DNA of 64,000 nt from NCBI GenBank assembly GCA_965248115.1, contig CBDFII010000004.1, positions 465,999-529,998 of the forward strand, given 5' to 3'. Made by a program: the position numbers and the translations under genes. Numbering within the stretch: position 1 is the first letter of the stretch; the number at the start of each line of letters is the position of its first letter. This document shows, in pieces, positions 46,622-56,474 of this stretch. This DNA comes from Dehalococcoidia bacterium. Its GTDB lineage: Bacteria > Chloroflexota > Dehalococcoidia > Lucifugimonadales > CBDFII01. Below the pieces are notes generated by a model that did no database searches, was not told where the DNA came from, and saw only the letters and a list, made by a program, of their open reading frames with translations.

Positions 46622-47605
46622 TTAGGAGCGTTTCTGGTACACCTGGAGGCGATCGCGATTACAGTCAATCACGACGATACGCCCCTCATCATCAACCTCA
46701 ACGGCATTGGGGTGCCAGAAGCTCTTCCAGGATGTCAAGTCCGGCACCAGGTCCATCTGTTTTGCCATGTCGGGGTTAGCGCTTAGTTGCGCTTGACCCC
46801 ATTTGGAGAGCACCCCATTCCCAGTGAAAATCGTAATGAACATGCCCTCAGGGGTGAACGCCTGTACCCTGTGATTAAGCCAGTCGGTGACATAGAAGTC
46901 TCCGTCTTTATCTACAGCCACATCTGTAGGACGGTTAAACTGGCCCATCTCCTTACCCGATGTGCCAAAGCTGGCCGTGAAAGTGCCGTCAGCTGTGAAC
47001 TTCTGAATACGGTCGTTACGCCAGTCGGCGACCCACACGTCGCCTTTCTTGTCTATGGTGAGGCCCCAAGGGAGGTTGAACTCTCCATCAGCGTTGCCTT
47101 GCCTACCCCACTTGGCCAGGAACTTCCCCTCTTTGTTGAACACCTCTATCCTGTTGTTGGCACTGTCCACCAGGTAGAGGTTGTCCTCCTTATCGAAGCA
47201 GAGACCTGTGGGCTTGTTTATCTCTCCATCGGCACTACCCTTTGAGCCCCAGTGGTCGAGAAAATTTCCCTGACCGTCGAAAATCGAGATACGGTTCAGG
47301 TAGTCGTCGCTAACATAGGCGTTCCCCTTGCTGTCCAGGGCAATGGAAGAGGGCCAGATGAATTGCCCTCTGCCGTCACCGTATCGGCCAAACTCGCTTA
47401 TATATTCCTCGTCCAAGGTGCAAATAGTCACCCGTACTCCCGTAGTTTCATACTCTGCCGAATGGTTAAGGACGTATATCTTCCCTCCCTCACCCAGGGC
47501 CAAGTCCACAGGATCTCTGAACCCTTGTCCCGATGCCCCGTTCCGCCCAATGGTGTGGCTGTACTTATATAGTCTCGTAGTTACACCAAAGAATACGCTA
47601 GCCAT
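46622..47605 (-). CDS. NHL-repeat beta-propeller protein
   Basis: 327 aa with six NHL-like blades (GQF..P..IA.D..GN.YV.D..N.RI..F). No signal peptide. Lies directly downstream of a DUF1800 gene. Confidence 0.8.
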   Translation of the reverse strand: MASVFFGVTTRLYKYSHTIGRNGASGQGFRDPVDLALGEGGKIYVLNHSAEYETTGVRVTICTLDEEYISEFGRYGDGRGQFIWPSSIALDSKGNAYVSDDYLNRISIFDGQGNFLDHWGSKGSADGEINKPTGLCFDKEDNLYLVDSANNRIEVFNKEGKFLAKWGRQGNADGEFNLPWGLTIDKKGDVWVADWRNDRIQKFTADGTFTASFGTSGKEMGQFNRPTDVAVDKDGDFYVTDWLNHRVQAFTPEGMFITIFTGNGVLSKWGQAQLSANPDMAKQMDLVPDLTSWKSFWHPNAVEVDDEGRIVVIDCNRDRLQVYQKRS

Positions 47606-47710
47606 CTTTACCTCCCCACCTTTTGATTATTGGCTTCCAGTGAAGATCGAACAGGGCTGAAAATATACCAACCTTCTCGTTCTGGGTCCCTATAAATGCT
47701 ACCTTCCAGC

Positions 47711-49126
47711 TTATCCGAACTGGTACTCGCCTGTGTCCACGATCAGCTGAAGTATCTCACCCACTTGATGGACAAACTTGTCTCGCTCGTCCTCGATGTC
47801 CCCTCGTAGCCCACCAACCCGGCTGGCGTGGGAGACCAACTGATTACGGGTCTTCTCGGTGACCTCCACATAGCCCATCAGGTCCAAACAGCCATCCACG
47901 AACTGCTCAGGGGTCAGAGCTCCTCGACTGGCCAGCCACTCAATGATGGAGCGGACACCGGGCAACTCGGTGTTGCCCACCTGGTCAGACACGAAGTTAA
48001 TACGCTCAACCAGGGTGCCGCTGTCGATCCACTCCATGCCCGTATGCCATCCCTCTACACTAGGTGGGTTGAGCAGGTCCTGGCCCATATAGAGGCACTC
48101 CTTCGAGAGAGGAAACATGCCAGGCTGGACATCGGTGTGATCCTTCATTAGACGAATAGTGCCCACTACGACCTCGGCGGGGCTCTTCACCTTAGCGAAG
48201 CGAGCCTTCTTAAAGAAGTTGGAGTTGAAGAGCACCCGCAGCACTGAGCGGATCTCGTAGTTGCTCTCTACGAAGGCCCTCTCCAGTGTATGGATGGCCT
48301 CGGGGTCCCGGGGTGGAGTTCCCTGCCATGATGGTACCTGAGGCTCGTCGTCCACAAAGAAGTTGTACAAGTGGCGACAGATAAACCTGGCAGTGGAGGG
48401 CTTACCCACAATGATCTCGATGACGTCCTCGCCGTTCCAGCGTCCTGTCTCCCCCAGGAATGTCTTCACACCCTCGTCGTGGTCCGTGGGGTTATAAAGG
48501 CACTGCCATGGAGTACGTCCAAAGGGGAGAGGTGGCGGGGTGGGGCTGATATTCCAGCCGGTAAAAGCACGAGAACATGCCTTAACATCGTCCTCGGTAT
48601 AGTTAGGGTGGTCATCCATACCCACACCCATTGAGAAGAGCTCCAAGAGCTCCCGTCCGTAGTTCTCGTTAATAGCCACCTTGTGGCTCTCGCTGTTATC
48701 CAGGTAATACAACATGGCGGGGTTCCGAGAAAGCTCCATCAATAGGTCGCGGAAGCTGCCTAGGCCGTGGCGACGGAACATATCTATCTGTCTTCTCATC
48801 ATACCGGGGTGGTCTACTTTGGCATCGCCCGAGCATAGAATTCCATGCCAGAAGAGGGCAATTTTCTCTTCCAGGGGACGCTTGGTACGTACCATCCGAT
48901 GTACCCAATACTGCTGGCTAGATTCAAAGGGCCCACAGTCACAATACTCAGGTAAGTAGCGTAACAACAAGTCATCCTCAGTGTGAGGCTGACTCTCTGG
49001 GTGGAGGAGCTCCTCTACTGTGACCTCGTACCCCTTGGCACAATAGGCCTCCAGCTCGCCTGGGGCAGCCCCGAAGCCAGCGCGCCGTATCAGATGTGCC
49101 ATCAAGGCCTTTTCGTTGTCTCCCAT
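47711..49126 (-). CDS. DUF1800 family protein
   Basis: Same hallmarks as 37164..38582, with which it shares roughly three quarters of positions by eye. The ATG at 49126 is preceded by GGAGGCGAGG and is preferred over the track start at 49174. Confidence 0.85.
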   Translation of the reverse strand: MGDNEKALMAHLIRRAGFGAAPGELEAYCAKGYEVTVEELLHPESQPHTEDDLLLRYLPEYCDCGPFESSQQYWVHRMVRTKRPLEEKIALFWHGILCSGDAKVDHPGMMRRQIDMFRRHGLGSFRDLLMELSRNPAMLYYLDNSESHKVAINENYGRELLELFSMGVGMDDHPNYTEDDVKACSRAFTGWNISPTPPPLPFGRTPWQCLYNPTDHDEGVKTFLGETGRWNGEDVIEIIVGKPSTARFICRHLYNFFVDDEPQVPSWQGTPPRDPEAIHTLERAFVESNYEIRSVLRVLFNSNFFKKARFAKVKSPAEVVVGTIRLMKDHTDVQPGMFPLSKECLYMGQDLLNPPSVEGWHTGMEWIDSGTLVERINFVSDQVGNTELPGVRSIIEWLASRGALTPEQFVDGCLDLMGYVEVTEKTRNQLVSHASRVGGLRGDIEDERDKFVHQVGEILQLIVDTGEYQFG

Positions 49127-49274
49127 CACCTCGCCTCCAATAGATCCAAGGAGCTTTGGATAGAGGGACGTCAACGGTTATCAATCTAGCGCTTGCAATT
49201 TCCCATGTCAAGGGAGCCAACCAGGATCCCCTTGTAGAGATGCTTGAGCCCACAGAGTGTGATCGGTGCTCTGG

Positions 49275-49790
49275 TCATCCTCTCCATTCAAAAGCCAGTG
49301 TGCCGAAGCGTACGAAGACAGCTCCACCGGGTGCAGCCAGGGGGCCATTGATCGCCAGCAAGGCGATGGTATGTCGATCCCCAGGCTGGGGGTCAACATT
49401 GACCACCACCCTTTGTACCACATTAAACCCCTGTATCGCACCTCGTTCGCGGTCACATTCGCCATCAATCCACACTTCGCCGTAGTCGTCGATGCAGGTC
49501 TCAAACAAACACCGTGTTCCTCGGACCTCTCTGCCCCGTACTGTTTCCGGGAGCGTTATGGTAGTGCGATACCAGGCGAAGGTTAGACCTCGAGAGTGCC
49601 ATTGAGTCAGATCCTCTGTCACATCCCAGCTAGAATCATCATAGTCTGCCAAGCGAGCCGGACTATCTGTCAACTGTGAGACCAAACCTTCGTTGGCTTC
49701 CCCTGGCACTAGACCTAGTGCAAAGCGCCACTGTCCTGAAACAATTTTCAAATCATCTGGGTCCTGGAGATTCAGCTGTACCCTTGACAT
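49275..49790 (-). CDS. Small galactose-binding-domain-like (GH2 N-terminal-like) beta-sandwich protein
   Basis: 171 aa starting at the ATG preceded by TAGGAGG. YDDSSWDV...W...G..FAWYRTTITLPE...G.R..L.F....DDYGEVWIDGE resembles the jelly-roll sugar-binding domain of GH2 enzymes. The longer track ORF (to 50075) overlaps the divergent DUF1800 gene. Confidence 0.55.
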   Translation of the reverse strand: MSRVQLNLQDPDDLKIVSGQWRFALGLVPGEANEGLVSQLTDSPARLADYDDSSWDVTEDLTQWHSRGLTFAWYRTTITLPETVRGREVRGTRCLFETCIDDYGEVWIDGECDRERGAIQGFNVVQRVVVNVDPQPGDRHTIALLAINGPLAAPGGAVFVRFGTLAFEWRG

Positions 49791-49968
49791 TAGGTTGCCT
49801 CCTAACGAAGAGAATTTGGGGCTATGATACATCAAGAGCGACTTCAGATAAATTCCTTGAGATACCATGGGACGTAAGGATTGACAGAGAATAGAGCTGC
49901 GAGTACCTTTAAGGTACCGTGTGGGCCGTCGAAACGAATCGGTACAGGCTAAAAGGGGAGGTACTAAG

Positions 49969-51375
49969 ATGGCCAACAATGATATAGCCTTGATGGCACA
50001 CCTGATGCGCCGAGCTGGCTTCGGAGCAAAGCGTGACGAGTTGGAGGAGCGAGTGGCCAAGGGGTACGAAGCCACGGTGGAGGAGCTGCTGCATCCTGAA
50101 AACGCGTCCCCAGCGGACGAGCATATCCTCCAAAGGTACCACCCACCTGCTATGTTTCCCGGTAGTGTTTCCCCTACTTACAACATGCACTGGATGTTCT
50201 ACATGCTAAATACGGAACGCCTCCTAGAGGAGAAGATTGCCCTGTTCTGGCATCAGGTGTTCGCCACCGGAAACGCCAAAGTGGACAATGGCATCGACAT
50301 ACTGAAACAAATAGCCATGTTCCGGCGCTACGGATTGGGTAGCTTCCGGGAGCTGCTGACCGAGCTAGCTAAAAACCCCGCTATGATCTTTTGGCTGGAC
50401 AATAACGAGAACCACAAGTACGCGGTCAACGAGAACTGGGGCCGAGAGCTGCTGGAGCTGTTCTCCATGGGTGTGGGCAACTACACCGAGGTGGATGTAA
50501 GAGAGGCCTCCCGGGCCTTCACAGGCTGGACCATGATCGCCAGGGTGCCCCGTTACCCCTATTCCCGCTCCCCCTGGCCAGGATTCGAGTATAAAGTGGA
50601 GGACCATGACTACGCCGAGAAAAGGTTTTTGGGCCACGAAGGCCGTTTCAACGGCGAGGATATTATCGACATCATCGTCCAGCAGCCCGCCTGCGCACGC
50701 TTTATCGCTCGCCACCTCTACAACTTCTTCGTGGCCGACGAGCCACAGGTACCGAGCTGGTCCATCGATCCACCTAGAGATCCCGAAGCTCTAAACACCC
50801 TGACGACGGCTTTCATCGAGTCTAATTACGAGATTCGGGCAGTGCTACGTACTCTTTTCAACTCCGACTTCTTCAAAGAGGCTCGCTTTGCCAAGGTGAA
50901 GAGTCCCACCGAGGTAGCTGTAAGCACCTATAAGCTAGTAGGCGGGCATAACTTTCCCAGGCCAGGCTTCGGAGAGCTGTCCATGCAACCCACCTACATG
51001 GGCCAGGAGATCCTCAACCCACCCAGTGTAGAGGGCTGGCATACAGGCCAGGAGTGGATAAACAGCGGCTCCCTAATGAGCCGTGTCAATTTTGTCGCCG
51101 ATCTGGTGGGTGACATCAGCCTACCAGGCGTCCAATCCATCATTAACCGGCTTAGAATCCAGGGAGAGCTCTCACCCGAGACGCTGGTCGATGGCTGTTT
51201 GGATATGCTAGGCCCATTGGATGTAGAGCCTAAGACCCGCCAACACTTGATCGAGCAAGCTACAGAGGGTAGCATCCTGCACTGGGACACCGAAGAGGAA
51301 GTTAGTGATTCCGAAAAGAAGATCGCTGAGATGCTGCAGCTGATAGTCGCTACCAGGGAATACCAGTTCGCTTAG
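49969..51375 (+). CDS. DUF1800 family protein
   Basis: MANNDIALMAHLMRRAGFG..., LFWHQ, NENWGRELLELFSMG and SRAFTGW. The ATG at 49969 is preceded by GGGGAGG. Confidence 0.85.
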   Translation: MANNDIALMAHLMRRAGFGAKRDELEERVAKGYEATVEELLHPENASPADEHILQRYHPPAMFPGSVSPTYNMHWMFYMLNTERLLEEKIALFWHQVFATGNAKVDNGIDILKQIAMFRRYGLGSFRELLTELAKNPAMIFWLDNNENHKYAVNENWGRELLELFSMGVGNYTEVDVREASRAFTGWTMIARVPRYPYSRSPWPGFEYKVEDHDYAEKRFLGHEGRFNGEDIIDIIVQQPACARFIARHLYNFFVADEPQVPSWSIDPPRDPEALNTLTTAFIESNYEIRAVLRTLFNSDFFKEARFAKVKSPTEVAVSTYKLVGGHNFPRPGFGELSMQPTYMGQEILNPPSVEGWHTGQEWINSGSLMSRVNFVADLVGDISLPGVQSIINRLRIQGELSPETLVDGCLDMLGPLDVEPKTRQHLIEQATEGSILHWDTEEEVSDSEKKIAEMLQLIVATREYQFA

Positions 51376-51393
51376 GGAATAGGGGCGAAAAGG

Positions 51394-52413
51394 ATGCTTA
51401 CAACTATAGCGGCAGGACGAGTATACAATTTTAGTCATGCAGTGGGTCGCAACCAGCAGACGGGCACGGGGTTTCATTGGCCAACAGCGCTAGCTCTAGG
51501 CCCGGACGGGGTAGTATACGTAGTCAGCCGGGGTAATGAAACCAACTTCGGTACACGAGTGAGCAAGCTCACCTTGTGGCCTCCTGGCGAGGAAGAATTA
51601 ATATGTGAGTTCGGTACTTATGGTGAGATGGATGGGCAGTTGATTTGGCCTACCTCTTTGACCCTGGACATGGAAGGAAACCTCTACGTCTCTGACGAGT
51701 GGCTTAACCGAATTTCCATCTTTGATCAGGATGGCACTTTCCTGGAGAAATGGGGCACATCGGGAACTAGCATCGGAGGGTTAAATGGTCCCTCTGGCTT
51801 AGCTTTGGATAAGGAAGAAAACCTATACGTTGTCGACAGTTTTAGCAATCGTGTCCAAAAGTTCACCAAAGACGGCACCTTTTTGGCTAAGTTCGGCGAA
51901 GAGGGGAGCGGTGAAGGACAGTTCGACATGCCGTGGGGCATTACCATCGACAACAAGGGCGATGTGTACGTGGGCGATTGGAAAAATCACCGAGTGCAAA
52001 AGTTCTCCTCCGAGGGCACCTTCCTGACGAGCTTCGGCACATTCGGGACAGGAGTAGGAGAGCTTAACCACCCAACCGATGTGGCCGTTGACGATGAGGG
52101 GGATGTATACGTGTGCGACTGGGATAACGACCGTGTCCAGATATTTGCGCCCGATGGAGATGTCATCACATCCCTCATTGGAGATGCTCAGCAGCTCTCC
52201 AAGTGGGGCAAGGAAAAACTGGATGTGAATCCAGACATAGTTATGGCTCGACGGAGGCTCAAGAGCCTTGAACCTGAATGGCGGTTCTGCCATCCTTCGG
52301 GAGTGGCCTTTGACCAGACTGAGAACCGCATCGTAGTGGTTGACTGTCAACGGAGCCGCCTCCAGATATACATCAAGGATAAGGACTACGTGGACCCCCA
52401 GTTCAACTTGTAG
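51394..52413 (+). CDS. NHL-repeat beta-propeller protein
   Basis: 339 aa. Starts 18 nt after the DUF1800 stop. Closely resembles 859..1980 (N-terminal GRVYNFSHAVGR, C-terminal RLQIYIKDKDYVDPQFNL). Confidence 0.8.
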   Translation: MLTTIAAGRVYNFSHAVGRNQQTGTGFHWPTALALGPDGVVYVVSRGNETNFGTRVSKLTLWPPGEEELICEFGTYGEMDGQLIWPTSLTLDMEGNLYVSDEWLNRISIFDQDGTFLEKWGTSGTSIGGLNGPSGLALDKEENLYVVDSFSNRVQKFTKDGTFLAKFGEEGSGEGQFDMPWGITIDNKGDVYVGDWKNHRVQKFSSEGTFLTSFGTFGTGVGELNHPTDVAVDDEGDVYVCDWDNDRVQIFAPDGDVITSLIGDAQQLSKWGKEKLDVNPDIVMARRRLKSLEPEWRFCHPSGVAFDQTENRIVVVDCQRSRLQIYIKDKDYVDPQFNL

Positions 52414-52450
52414 CCCCCCGCACCAATTCAAATCGAAAAAGGTCCTTGAT

Positions 52451-54099
52451 GAGCCTGTCTCAGAAGTCTGATCTGGCAATGGGTATGTCGTCAGGTGTAG
52501 CTTCGAAGCGAGATCAATTGGGGGGATACTGATATGCCGCTTCGACCGATGGGCCGAGAGCAGATGTGGATGTTGCCGCCGACGCTTGACGAGTTGTTGC
52601 CGTTGGATCATCCGGCGCGGTTCGTCGCCGAGTTCGTCGATGCTCTGGGTCGAGATGCCTGGGCGGAGCTTGGCGTGGACATAGACGGGGAGGTCCTGGG
52701 AGCGCCAGCCTACCATCCCCGTGCACTGTTGAGTGTATGGCTGTACGGCTTCATGACCGGTGTGCGCTCCTGCCGGAAGCTGGAGGCGGCCTGCCGCGAC
52801 CAGATTCCGTACCTGTGGTTGACCGGGTGGCAGCATCCCGATCACAACACTCTGTGGCGGTTCTACAAAGGGCATCGGCACGCCATGAGGAAGCTGTTCG
52901 AGCGCTCGGTGCGCACGGCAGTGGCCATGGCGTTGGTGGATCTAGCGGTGCAGGCCGTGGACGGGACGAAGGTGGTAGCCAACGCCTCAGTGAACAGGAG
53001 CTATGATGCTGTGGGCCTGAGTGGTCTGTTGGAGCGTCTCGAGAAGGCGATAGCCGACCTTGAGGCACAGAACGAAGGGGGAGAGGATGCTCCTGTTGCC
53101 CATCTGCCAAAAGAGTTAGCCGACAAGGAGGTCTTGAGGGACCGGGTGAGGCAGGCGATGGCCGACCTCGGGAGTCAGAAGCGCCACAAGCGGATCAACC
53201 TGACCGACCCGGAGGCCCGACTGATGAAGGGCAGGCAGGGGATCGTGGCCGGCTACAACGCCCAGGCTATGGTCTCACCCATGGAGATCGATGGAGAAGC
53301 GGCCGGCATGGTGGTCACAGCCGTGGACGTGGTTGATGCGGCCAATGACAATGCCCTGCTGGTGCCGATGGTCGAGCAGGCGGAGGAGACGACCGGGACG
53401 AGGGTGCCGATGACATTGGCCGACGCTGGCTACTTCGCCGTGAGCCACCTAGCGGAGTGCGACCGGCGAGGCCAGCAGGTGGTGGTGTCAGAAGCACGGC
53501 AGCGGTTCCTCACAGACGCGTATCACAAGGACCGATTCACCTATGACGAGCAAAGCGACAGTTTTACGTGTCCACAGGGACGGAGGCTCAAGTTCCTTCG
53601 CATCCAACATACGAATGGAGTTCCGCTGCGTCTGTACCGGGCCTCTGGAGCCGTCTGCCAGGCGTGCCCGGCCTTCGGAGTCTGTACGAGAGCCCGCGAG
53701 ACCGGCCGCAGTCTGGCGATAGGGCCCCATGACGGAGTGCTACGCCGCCACCGCGCCTGGAGGACCACGTTAGCCGCCAAAGAGGCGTACCGGCTGAGAA
53801 AGCAGCTGGTCGAGCCGGTCTTCGGAATCATCAAGGAACAACAGAGGGCACGTAGGTTCCTGCTGCGTGGCCTCGCCAACGTGGCGGCCGAGTGGACCAT
53901 GTTGGCCACCGCCTTCAACCTGCGCACCCTCTACCGGGTGTGGAGCTCCTCCCTCCATCTTCAACCCTCTACCTGACGGTCTGGAACCTTGTCATGTCTC
54001 GTGAGCTGAGGCCATTGACAGCTATCCCTCACCCCATCGTCTGCGTAATACTTCGCGTCGGAGTACGCCTGCCAACGGACGTCATTCTGAGACAGGCTC
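52451..54099 (+). mobile_element. IS element copy 2 (IS1182/IS5-like), 1649 bp, flanked by a 4-bp direct repeat TGAT
   Basis: Same 15-bp terminal inverted repeats as copy 1. TGAT occurs at 52447..52450 and 54100..54103. Inserted 37 nt downstream of the NHL gene stop. Confidence 0.85.
52534..53976 (+). CDS. IS1182/IS5-family DDE transposase
   Basis: 480 aa. Identical to the copy-1 protein except for one residue (A versus V in GYN(A/V)QAM). Confidence 0.85.
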   Translation: MPLRPMGREQMWMLPPTLDELLPLDHPARFVAEFVDALGRDAWAELGVDIDGEVLGAPAYHPRALLSVWLYGFMTGVRSCRKLEAACRDQIPYLWLTGWQHPDHNTLWRFYKGHRHAMRKLFERSVRTAVAMALVDLAVQAVDGTKVVANASVNRSYDAVGLSGLLERLEKAIADLEAQNEGGEDAPVAHLPKELADKEVLRDRVRQAMADLGSQKRHKRINLTDPEARLMKGRQGIVAGYNAQAMVSPMEIDGEAAGMVVTAVDVVDAANDNALLVPMVEQAEETTGTRVPMTLADAGYFAVSHLAECDRRGQQVVVSEARQRFLTDAYHKDRFTYDEQSDSFTCPQGRRLKFLRIQHTNGVPLRLYRASGAVCQACPAFGVCTRARETGRSLAIGPHDGVLRRHRAWRTTLAAKEAYRLRKQLVEPVFGIIKEQQRARRFLLRGLANVAAEWTMLATAFNLRTLYRVWSSSLHLQPST

Positions 54100-54177
54100 T
54101 GATATATACTAATACTCGAACTCGGTTTTCAGCAGATTTGGTTTATAAGATATGAAGACCCTTAGCGAAGTCATTCC

Positions 54178-54540
54178 ATGACGTCACAGCCTCCGCCAGA
54201 CATAGGGGGTTTGAGCCGAACTCAGAAGCGAATCGACTGGCTTCACTACATCATAGTTATCATCGTGTTTGGCATCACTGGTTTTCTATCAGTGCTGTTC
54301 AGCAGGTTTCTACTAAATGGGGTTCTAAATCTACAAGGTGAAGTGTGGTCTGGCCCATGGTCATATCGCATCACCTATCTTTTACTAATTCCAGCATCTT
54401 ACTCAGTAATGCTCGTGGTGGTGGGCACACTCTTCGGCAAGCACAGCTATTTCAAACAACGGGTCCTGCGTATGTGGAGCCGCATTCTGCCAAAGCGCAT
54501 GTATACCCTCCGACGGCGTTCGAATGCTAAGAGCGGGTAA
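54178..54540 (+). CDS. Small membrane protein, unknown function
   Basis: 120 aa with two clear hydrophobic helices (IIVIIVFGITGFLSVLF and ITYLLLIPASYSVMLVVVGTLF) and a basic C-terminal tail. Confidence 0.55.
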   Translation: MTSQPPPDIGGLSRTQKRIDWLHYIIVIIVFGITGFLSVLFSRFLLNGVLNLQGEVWSGPWSYRITYLLLIPASYSVMLVVVGTLFGKHSYFKQRVLRMWSRILPKRMYTLRRRSNAKSG

Positions 54541-54692
54541 TCACTAAGCAAGTCGGACGGCCAATTCTCCCAGCACTTCTTTCCTTGGTAGGCTTGCTAT
54601 CACTCCCTCGTACGGGATTTGACAAACCAGTCAAAGAGAGCTACATTCTCCCTACTACCTATGAAGAAGCCTACCTCACGGAGGGATGCAAA

Positions 54693-56456
54693 ATGAATTC
54701 CAACAAGATTTTGAAAATACTGTTGCCCTTGATAGCGTTGACCGCCTTAGTAGCCATGGCGTGTGGTGCGGCAGCTACGGCTACACCAATTGTCATCGAG
54801 AAAGAGGTCATTAAAGAGATCCCGGTAGAGGTGATTGAAGAGGTAGAAGTCATAAAAGAGGTGCCGGTGGAAAGAGAGGTGATTAAAGAGGTAGAGGTCA
54901 TAAAAGAGGTAGAGGTGATAAAAGTTGTGATCGCTACCCCTACACCAACGCCTTCTGGCCCGCCTGCACCAGCAAGGGTAGGTGTGTTCCGGGTGGCCTA
55001 TGGGCCTTTCAACGCCCTAGGAGTGACACCGTGGGAAGGTACCGTAGGGCTTTCGCAGATGGGACAGATGTACGACGCCGCTAATATAGAAGTCCGAGAT
55101 GACAGAGGCGTGCCAGTGCGTCATGTGCCAGGCCTTCTCCGCGAATGGGAGGTGATTGATGGAGGGAAGCGCATCAGAGCGAAGGTAGTGGAGGGGGTAC
55201 AGGCCCAGGGTGGATGGGGTGAATATACTGCGGAGGACTTCGTCTGGCTTCACTCCTTCCTTCGGGAGATTACAAAGTGGAATCCAAAGAGAGAATGGGA
55301 TAACTGGGACATAAAAGCAGAACAGACGGGACGTTATGAGTTTGAGGTATTCCGTGGCGGCGGAGAGAAGATGCCCGTGTTCGACTGGGTGTCAAATATG
55401 GGGCAATGGGTTTATCCCCTAGTTAAGAAGCACGTTGAGACCGGGGGCCTGGATGCGATCAGAACCGACCCCATAGGGACGGGACCCTTCCGCAACGTCA
55501 AATGGGATTCGGCACTCCAGATCTACGAGGCGGTACCAAATCACTGGCGTTCACAACCTGTCATGGACCGCCTGGAATATGTCCACGTCCGAGAGAGCTT
55601 GACTCGGGTAGCCATGGCGCTGACGGGGGCGGCTCAGATGACCTCTGCCGTTCTATTGGAGCACGCTTTGGATGCGGAGGAACGGGGCTTTCCCGTAACG
55701 TCATACCCGGGCCAGTTCAACGTGCGGTTGATTTTTGGTGGTCTTCAGACGATAGAGCACAGCAATGACCCGTGGGCCGACCCGAAAGTGCGTAAGGCCA
55801 TAGCCTTGGCCATTGACAAGCAGGCCATGATAGACGAGCTATGGGGTGGGTTTGCAGTGCCTCTCTCCACCCAATGGCAAACGAAATTTCCAACACCAGC
55901 TCGAACACTAGAGCCTTACCCTTACGACCTAGAGGAAGCCCGTAGGCTACTGGCTGAGGCCGGGTTTCCCAACGGATTTGCCGTTGAGGTGCCAATGATA
56001 GTCATCCGTGGTACACCCAGGGTACCCCTCGAGCACAACGCCCTTATCTTGGCCATGGAGAATCTTGGGCTAAAGGTTAAGGGCACTATCGGCGAATGGT
56101 CTTCTTTCAAGCCCAAGTGGAACGTAGGGGATACGGCAGGGATAATGTTTGCCATGTCGGTAACCACTTTCGCTAGCGAACCCCGAGAATGGGGTTGGTA
56201 TCAGCCCGGCAAGCGCAACAACTTTTCGGATCAATTTATGGCGGATATCATCCCCGGTATCAATGAAACCTATGTCGAAAACCGGAAGGAATACGAGCGC
56301 CTCGGAGCAGAAGCGATGCAGCACCTCTATGACGTGTACGCTACAGTTCCTCTATACACCACCCCGGAGCTTGAGGTGCTGGCACCCGGATTCAGTTGGA
56401 AGTACCACATGAATCCCCAGAGGCTGTATCTGGACCAACTTGAGTATAACCCATAA
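54693..56456 (+). CDS. ABC transporter substrate-binding lipoprotein, family 5 (peptide/nickel type), no cognate permease nearby
   Basis: The ATG at 54693 is preceded by GGAGGG. Signal peptide with lipobox LVAMAC, then an acidic (EVIKE)n tether and a large SBP_bac_5-like body (P..W......YEAVPNHWR, ...AID...). Confidence 0.75.
   Translation: MNSNKILKILLPLIALTALVAMACGAAATATPIVIEKEVIKEIPVEVIEEVEVIKEVPVEREVIKEVEVIKEVEVIKVVIATPTPTPSGPPAPARVGVFRVAYGPFNALGVTPWEGTVGLSQMGQMYDAANIEVRDDRGVPVRHVPGLLREWEVIDGGKRIRAKVVEGVQAQGGWGEYTAEDFVWLHSFLREITKWNPKREWDNWDIKAEQTGRYEFEVFRGGGEKMPVFDWVSNMGQWVYPLVKKHVETGGLDAIRTDPIGTGPFRNVKWDSALQIYEAVPNHWRSQPVMDRLEYVHVRESLTRVAMALTGAAQMTSAVLLEHALDAEERGFPVTSYPGQFNVRLIFGGLQTIEHSNDPWADPKVRKAIALAIDKQAMIDELWGGFAVPLSTQWQTKFPTPARTLEPYPYDLEEARRLLAEAGFPNGFAVEVPMIVIRGTPRVPLEHNALILAMENLGLKVKGTIGEWSSFKPKWNVGDTAGIMFAMSVTTFASEPREWGWYQPGKRNNFSDQFMADIIPGINETYVENRKEYERLGAEAMQHLYDVYATVPLYTTPELEVLAPGFSWKYHMNPQRLYLDQLEYNP
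54798..54926 (+). repeat. Short-period coding repeat (gag gt. .a. a.a gag gt.) encoding the (E/V)VIKE tether
   Basis: EKEVIKEIPVEVIEEVEVIKEVPVEREVIKEVEVIKEVEVIKVV is read directly from the DNA. Confidence 0.8.
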
Positions 56457-56474
56457 GGTGGTTGAGTCTGCTCG

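Noticed and set aside
49791-50075. Long form (266 aa) of the minus-strand ORF 49275..50075.
   Set aside because: The extension overlaps the divergent DUF1800 gene start and has no coding character. An internal ATG at 49790 has a strong TAGGAGG RBS and starts exactly at the conserved beta-sandwich domain.
23744-54099. The 27-kb segment bracketed by the two IS copies might be a composite transposon or mobile island.
   Set aside because: The interior is core metabolism and housekeeping (2-oxoacid dehydrogenase operon, tatABC, trxA, selC, rRNA methyltransferase). The outer flanks show no matching target duplication.
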